Shown here one piece after another: positions 56,541-64,000 of a DNA stretch of 64,000 nucleotides. Every line of letters starts with the position of its first letter. Positions within the stretch are counted from its first letter, which is position 1. The DNA is taken from assembly GCA_964016885.1 (NCBI GenBank), contig OZ024741.1, positions 105,958,001 through 106,022,000 on the forward strand, in the 5' to 3' direction. The notes below the pieces were generated by a model. It saw nothing but the letters and a program-made list of their open reading frames with translations, was not told where the DNA came from and ran no database searches. Source of the stretch: Eledone cirrhosa. Lineage: Eukaryota. The position numbers and the translations under genes are program-made.

Positions 56541-57727
56541 CTTAAAGAATGGAAAATGATATAATAATTAGTCTGTTAATCAGTTGATGAAATGGTCTAT
56601 CAAAGTTCTTTCATCACAATCTGTGACCTTATCAACGACTATGTTTCCACCACCATTTTTTTCTTTTGAAAGTCCCAAACAAGCTGTGAAGCCACTTAGT
56701 GTAAGGGACTATGAAGAAGGAGGAATTAAGGTGAATGGAATGAATTTACTTTAGTTCGGGTCATAAGGAGGAGGAAAACAATGAGATTGAAGAGAATTCT
56801 GAAGTCCGGCAGCTTGATGGAAAAAAGTTACGACCATAGAAAGATCTCCTTGTTCACATTTACTCCATGTTCTGAGAACTCTGCTCCCACGACCTCTGCC
56901 CCAAGAATATGTGGGCAAAGAAGAAGGAGGATGAAAAGAAGTGTGTATCAGTTTCTGTTCTCCTGCTCACATTAATTTGCAGAACCCAAACAATTACACA
57001 GTGAATTGGAAGAGTTGTTAGATTATATACCATGTATTTGTTCCAGCTCTCTACACACTGGGTTCAAATCCTACCAAAAACCAACTTTGTTTGTCACCCT
57101 TTCAAAGCTGATAAATAAAGTACCTCCTCATGGCAGTGGATTGGCAGAATTGTTAGAACATGGGATGTTTTGTGGTAGCTGTGCATTCTGAGATCAAATC
57201 CTACCCCATGTCCCTGTAAAAATGGGGACCCTATCTTTACAATAACCAAGAGATTCTTTGAGATGCAACCTCACAGAAAGCTGGCTAAATTTGCACAGTT
57301 GTCAGCCATAGCAACAAGAAGAATGGCATATCAAATGACTTAGTGCAGAAATAAATATTTCAGTTTAAACATTGAAGCACTGTCTTAATCCGTTTGATAC
57401 CAAACCACCTAAAATTGCCACTAGTTCTATGATATGAAGCATTTTGTCTACATTTATCTAAAAACCTTCCATCATAATTGTATGAAAAAAACCTTTAACT
57501 TAAGCTGAAAAGTTAGTTTTATTTTTAAATCCCTCTAGATCCTAGATTATTTTCAAAATTAATTGAAAATCATAAGCAGTGCAATGATATGGTAACAAAA
57601 GGTTATTTTATGGAAGAAATATTACTAAAAAAAACCAAATCGATAAATTGAAAATGCTTTCATTAGAAATACGACAACACAAGGGTTAACTATGATCTTT
57701 TATGAAAGAAATATGAAGAAATCTTAC

Positions 57728-57797
57728 CTTTAAGTCTGAGATAAGTGGAGAAAATCCAGTAAGGAGAAATTGAGAATTAAAAGACTTCAAGATTGTT
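57728..57797 (-). CDS. tim: Timeless exon
   Basis: TILKSFNSQFLLTGFSPLISDLK matches TIM1 [22 protein letters not shown]. Confidence 0.88.
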
Positions 57798-58491
57798 CTG
57801 AAAATAGTAATTATACATTTATTATAGCATCTGTTTCAGTTGTATTACTTTTCTATTTAATCTCTTAAACACCAAACTATCCAAAACCACATCTGTTTCA
57901 ATCCCGTTACATCTGTATCATATCTGTTTTAATCCAGTTACATCTATATCACATCTGTTTCAATCTAGGTACACCTGTATCATATGTTTCAATCCAGATA
58001 CATCGCTATTATTTGAGATAAACTGAAGTTCTATCTATAATTCACTGAAAGCAGTTCTATTTCATATTGCTTCAGGCTATTCAGCTGATAGAGACCAGCA
58101 TTAGCAGCAACTGGGAAGTTAACCTTGCAAATGACAGCTGTTCTCCCTTATACTCTCAGTCATTTAAAGTTACATGAAACTGGGATAAGTTCCAGCCTGA
58201 TGAATGCACCCAGTACACTCTGTAAAAGTGATTGGTATTAAGAAGGGCTTCCTTGCCAAAATATAGAATCTAGGCGCAAGATGTGGTTCTTCGACCTGTC
58301 TAATCATGAACTGTGACAACCCACTCGATCCATGCCAGCATTGAAAACAGACATATGATGATGATATTGGGGAAACTGTAGTTAAAGTTAGCAAACCTTA
58401 CATATATCACAAACAATTGGGGGAACTGTAGCTAAAATTAGTTTACCTTCCATATGTCAGAAAACAATTAAAAGATAATTTAATTACTTAC

Positions 58492-58646
58492 ACAAGCTGT
58501 GAACGGTTGGTGTTTTCAATAGGGATTGAATTTGCTATATTTCTGTCTGTTTCAGTGAAGACATTCATGACCTCTGAAATGTCAGAATTAAACATAACCT
58601 CATCAGACATTTTGCTCCCCTGAGAGTTCAGGCCACCAAGAACTAT
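58492..58646 (-). CDS. tim: Timeless exon (short central linker)
   Basis: cttttcag| IVLGGLNSQGSKMSDEVMF...NRSQL |gtaagt; phases 0/2 fit both neighbours. Confidence 0.8.
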
Positions 58647-59116
58647 CTGAAAAGAGACAACATTCAGAAAACAGTAGAGAATTAGTAATTGTTTCAATAT
58701 TAAAACAAAATCACCAACATTTAAAAATAAAACATTTCTAATTTTTGTTTACAATTTAGGTAAAGAGGGAAGGGCAGAGTCGATGACCCCTTTTATTTTA
58801 TGGAGCTTACAAGATTGGTGGGAAGGAAGCTGGAAGATATCCTCAAACTGCAGGCCTGTTGACATATTGAGGTTCTCATAAGAAGGTCAACAACTTGTGG
58901 GGAAGGAGAATGTTGATTACATTGATCCTAGTACATAACTGGTAGTATATTTTATCAAAACCAGATAGATGAAAAATTAACCTCAATGAGATTTGAACTT
59001 AGAACATAAGGCACTGTAACTAAATACTGCAAAGCATTTTGTCCAATGCTCTAATGATTCTGTCAACCTACTACATTGATATATATTATATATATGTATA
59101 TACAATATATACATAC

Positions 59117-59170
59117 CTGATCTGTGTATAAAAGTGACAGTAGCTGTACAATGTTAGCAGACCAACAGAA
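59117..59170 (-). CDS. tim: Timeless exon
   Basis: FCWSANIVQLLSLLYTDQ matches TIM1 FWGVTMVQLIALIYKDQ. Confidence 0.9.
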
Positions 59171-59577
59171 CTGAAATGAAAGAGAAAAAGATAAATTAAA
59201 AAATAGTTTAGATTATACTAAAATAATAGTAATTTCTTCTAACATTAAAAAGCCAGAAATTTTAAAAGTGGGGAGCTGTATAGTCCAGTATGCAACTGGA
59301 ATTTATTCTATTGAATTCCAAAACACCAAACAGCTAAAGTTGGCCACCACAGTGGAATTTGAACTCAAAATATTGAACTAAATATGTGGCTAATGTCACC
59401 AGCTTTTAAATCATTAAATGCAATACACACCATTCTCTGGTGCAGTACACACCATTCTATGATGCAGTACATACCATTCTATGATGCAGTACATACCATT
59501 CTATGATACAGTACACATCATTCATTATATAATTCACAAATTCAGTAAAAAGAGCAAAACAAGGAGTAAATACTTAC

Positions 59578-59638
59578 TCTAGATGGATGTATAAGGAGCG
59601 TTAAAATAATTTCATCGAGTCCACATTCAAACATATTT
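59578..59638 (-). CDS. tim: Timeless exon
   Basis: NMFECGLDEIILTLLIHPSR matches TIM1 NLFIQSIDKLLLYLM; GT-AG. Confidence 0.87.
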
Positions 59639-60488
59639 CTGGGGGAAAAGAAAGAAAATAATACAATAGTTTGACATGAGTATCTGGACACTAGAGGAGA
59701 TAATCACACATTGGTATAACAATATTTGATAACAATAGCAGGATATATAGACAAAATAATTATAGATTGGTTCTACAAAATATGAAATATAAGTGAAAAA
59801 GCTAGATAAGAATCGTCCCACATTAGTATTGCAACATATGAGACAGCAGGGGAACTTGTATATAAACAACAGATACATTGATTCTACAACAGATGAGACA
59901 ACTAGGGGACTGCTATATAAACTGCTCAAGCTCTTCAAAATACAAGTCAAATTTCTCTCAATATATTTTCTATGACCTTAAAATGAAGATCCCACACTGC
60001 ATGGTTTATTTAGCCATTATAGATAAAACAGTGATTGACTCTTTCGTTACCATATTTCAAATAATAGACACTGATCACGATTCAAACACCAGCTTCATCA
60101 TCATCATTTAATGTCCAATTTTTCCATGATGGCATGGGTTGGATAATAAGAAAGTTGGCTATATTACTAAATCTCTTAAAATTCTTGATAAATTTTAAAA
60201 TTATTTCGAAATCATAATTAGTATCTTTTATTAGAAATATGGTAACAAAAAGAATAGAATGTTAGTGGAAAGAATAACAGTGTTACATAGGTAGAAGGGT
60301 TAATAAGGGAAGTAACTGAAATAGAAACCACTCATACTGATGTTAAGGTATTGTTCTCAAAATAAATAATATCAAAATCTCATAGATTAGATATTATGTG
60401 AGGTAAAACCTTTACAGTGAAAATATAATTGTAAATATAGAGTAATGTGAATGCTAAAGGGTTAAACAGATACCAATGGAGGACTTAC

Positions 60489-60601
60489 TTGATAAATTTG
60501 CACTGAATATCTGTAGACCCCATATCTCTGTTCCAGACTTGAACATATAACAGGTTACGTACAAGTAACAGGAATTGGTTGATAAATTCTTTGTCTTCAG
60601 C
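60489..60601 (-). CDS. tim: Timeless exon
   Basis: EFINQFLLLVRNLLYV matches TIM INNCLLLLRNILHI. Confidence 0.92.
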
Positions 60602-61930
60602 CTGAAAATAGAATGGAAATGGAAAAACTTGGTAGAGAATGTCATAAAATGTATGTGTGGTTGTGTGTGTGTATATGTATGTATTGTGTGTTAGGTGTGT
60701 GTGTAGTGTCCGTATATATGTGTGTGTAGTGTGTGTATGTGTATGTAGTGTATGTGTGTATATAAATATATATATGGGGATGTGTTAGGTGAGGTATTTA
60801 GAATACATTTTACAAAACAAATCAATGGAGAAAACACTGAATTGCTTGTGAATCACCATCACCACTATCTTTACAGGTTTTTCCATGTTCACATGAGTCC
60901 TCTCCATTACAGCATCCTTCCAATTGATTGTTTCCTTTATTATCTCTTCTATGAGGTTTAATATCCCGAAATTAGCTTTCATCACTTCTTCCTTCAGTTT
61001 GGAACTCCTGGGATTTTTTCATTCAATGATCATCATCCATAAATTACATGTGTATATCAGTGTAACTATTTTTCTTGCATTCTGCATATGATTCCTCTCA
61101 TAGACTCAGTTTTTCTCTCAACACATCTGTGCTCCATCATTCATACAGGGTAACATTATACACCCAACAGAGCATGCTTGCTTCATTTCTTTCTAGCTTT
61201 TTAACAGTCTACAATCAATGCCCATGTCATAATACCATACAGCATCATTGTTCAGACACATTCAACAAACTATCCTTAACACACACACACAGAAACTGAT
61301 GGATGAGAGAAGGAGAGGCTTTTCTTGGAAACTTAACTGAAGCAGACTGTATCACATCCAGAGTAAAGTTGACCTCTTATTTAGTACTACAGAGAAGCCT
61401 GATGGATTACTGTGAGTTGTGATGAGTCAAGTTTTTACTTAAAATCTATCAACAAAATAAAAATTACTTGGTACTGCTTAGTTTGACATGTTCATTAGTT
61501 TGATGGTTGGTTTATTGAGTTGGCATGTGGCTCCTTAGTTTGATATGTAGTTTATTGGGTCAACATGTGGCTCATTGGGTCAACATGTGGCTCATTGGGT
61601 TAACATGTAGCTCATTGAGTCAACATGGTTCACTGGATCAACACAGTTCATTGGGTCGACATGTGGTTCATTGGGTCGACATGTGGCTCATTGACTTGAC
61701 ACGTGGCTCATTGCCTTGACATGTGGTTCGTTGGGTTGACAAGTGATCAATTCCTACTCCCCTTGAATATGTGACCAGAAAAAGAGCTAGACTTGGTTTC
61801 CTTTCAAACTTGTCAGTCATTGATATAGCTCTGGTTATGAAAAGCCAACTGATTTAAACATCAAACAATGGATAGATAAATTGACAAAGGAAGAAAGACC
61901 CACTTCTTAATTTACAGAATTTTTACTAAC

Positions 61931-62111
61931 CTTCTGAATAATTGGTTTGACCTGAGAAAAGAGGAGGTCAAGTGATTCCTGTTGGCAAAAGAGTAACTTG
62001 ATATATTGTAAATGTTGAATGATCTCATTGACAATCTCGCTGTTATGACTTTCATGGCGGAAACTATTTGGGAAAAGACATTCCAAGGGTTCTGTCAGCT
62101 GGGTTAGAACT
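61931..62111 (-). CDS. tim: Timeless exon (N-terminal TIMELESS domain); upstream exons lie beyond the window
   Basis: VLTQLTEPLECLF matches TIM1 ILVNLTVPVECLF. A phase-compatible donor AG|gtaata at 64000-63993 suggests the preceding exon ends at 63999. Confidence 0.9.
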
Positions 62112-64000
62112 CTGGAAACACAACAGATAGAAACAGTTTAAAAATAAAGACAAACACTAACACCTACATAAATACATATTGTCTTAAAGATAGCAAGTTT
62201 GGCACTGAGATTGGTCATTAATTAGTCCATATTCTTCTGTGTATGTCACGTTTTATATTGTATATGTATGCAAAAAATAAATGAAAAACAACACAAGGGA
62301 AGGATACAGTACAATGAAGATATATATTAGTTTAAAACTTAATATAGTAGGAAAGGTTTTAACGTTTTTGGCATTAATCCTTCATCAGAAAATAGAATGA
62401 GAGATAAAAGAAATAGAAAGATGAGAGTAAGAAGAAGAAATGGAAAAAAAATGTATTTTCGGAGGAAAGCACATGGAAGTTTAATCAGATGGCGTGTTTT
62501 TTAGAAGGCTACAGAAATACAAATAGGACATTAAATGTTAAAAATAACAATAACTGAGTTGTTGGAATGTTACCATGGAGGAGTTTAATTAGCCCTTATA
62601 TTTAGTGATAAAATCCCTTCAACAACAGACTAGACCTCAACACTCACTACCATACTTCATTAAACTACAATAGATACAGGGTTAATTTATATCTTATATT
62701 TGTTTATTCTTTTACTCTTATTCCCCTAGGTCTGTTTTCACAATCTATGAATTAAATATACATACCCTTTAACTTCTGTACTGAAGATAATGCATTTTAT
62801 TTATTACACCTAGAACCAGCCCATTCCGCATAACCGATATTAACTAGCAAATATTTCTAATAGATAAAGCGAACATCAGCAAAGTCAAAGTATTATAAAC
62901 TTATATGTAATTGGAACTGGGGACAAACACTGACAATCAAATCATACAGCCAGGGTCAATATTAATTACCATCAGTTCATAACCTCATACATCAGTCCAG
63001 GTCCGACAACAGAAACTACCACAATCCTCAAATAGGCAGCTAATAGAAAATACATAATCCACCCCTTCTTATCCCTGACTACTATAACATTCCACCGAGT
63101 GAAAGCAAAGCACATACTAAAATGAGGATCTAACGTTTATGTAGCACAAACAAAGAAAACCACAAAATCATCTGAAACACTGTTAACAAAATAATTCCCA
63201 AGGAGCTTATTGACAAATAGAAAGGATTACATCTCGGTCCTTTTTGGTCAACCACTTGACATCACTAAAGCACTAACCTAACAAATTGTGAATGATGTTC
63301 TACCAATAATTACAGCCAATTTCACAAGGAAAGAACTTGAAAATTGCATCATACAAGCAGCCTTTCATTCCTTTTGTTATCAACAGAAATAATAGCTCCC
63401 TGAACTGTTTTCATTCTCTTCTTATTCTAACTACTATACTCTCAGAGCAGTCTCCTTCAATGCAAATTATATCACCTAAGGAGCAGAAGCTATCAATACT
63501 ATATTGATCGTTCATGGGAATGAAAAAATAGTTTATTACACTGATGCAAGCAGGGAAAATCAAACGTATGATGATAATGATGCTTTTAATACCAACTACA
63601 ACTGTGCATCTGCCACATACAAAGTCTATGTTTTCTGTTAGTCAACCTGCTATCCTGCTACACCTCTTGTGTACTCAAGTTTTACATTGTGTACATTAGA
63701 GTTACTAACTACTCTATTTCTAAATATCAAACAAAGCCACTTCCCTGATGAGAACAGGGTCCTGTCTCATTGCCTACTTACTAAAACTTTGGTTTTCCCC
63801 CAAGTTTGCTCTAAGCCCTTTTGATTCTAAGTTCTATTTCCAAAGCTAAACTTTCTTCTCTAGCTCTTCTACAAATTCAGCTATAAGAAGCACATCACTA
63901 GCACTTCCCATGGGCCATCAGTCTTAAACTCCTCTGTTATGGCCAGGAGATCTGTATATATATAAAATTAAGTATGTGTGTGTGTGTCTGTGTATTACCT

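Noticed and set aside
42496-62111. Assignment as timeout/TIM2 (mammalian-type TIMELESS)
   Set aside because: Motifs such as IFTMMHHVAGD, EYVMHKF and IPEFWS fit the Drosophila-type TIM1 family as recalled; a phylogeny would be the formal test.

Overview
Eukaryotic, AT-rich, repeat-dense animal DNA. The SINE/LINE landscape and giant (TA)n arrays suggest an octopod cephalopod (inference, not a search result). There are two real host genes in convergent orientation. One is the 3' part of a beta-class carbonic anhydrase (+ strand, exons 1-26, 1062-1286, 1733-1939). The other is most of a Drosophila-type timeless (tim1) gene (- strand, 19 exons traced from 62111 to the stop at 42496, all GT-AG and in phase; the 5' end lies beyond the window). 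The ~40 kb between them holds a degenerate autonomous Helitron (Rep/HUH + PIF1 helicase, 15759-20314) inside a ~12.5 kb foldback structure. In that structure the same Helitron 3' end plus ~1.5-2 kb of host flank occurs inverted at both ends, together with scrambled Helitron fragments and two head-to-tail CTAG|T junctions. The interval also contains a 46-bp minisatellite expanded inside a SINE, and a ~6.8 kb TA/CA microsatellite field interrupted by a Penelope-like island with an intact-looking minimal hammerhead ribozyme and a perfect 144-bp palindrome. Many SINE, LINE and MITE relics are present. The very long I/Y/C/M ORFs in the track are microsatellite artefacts.
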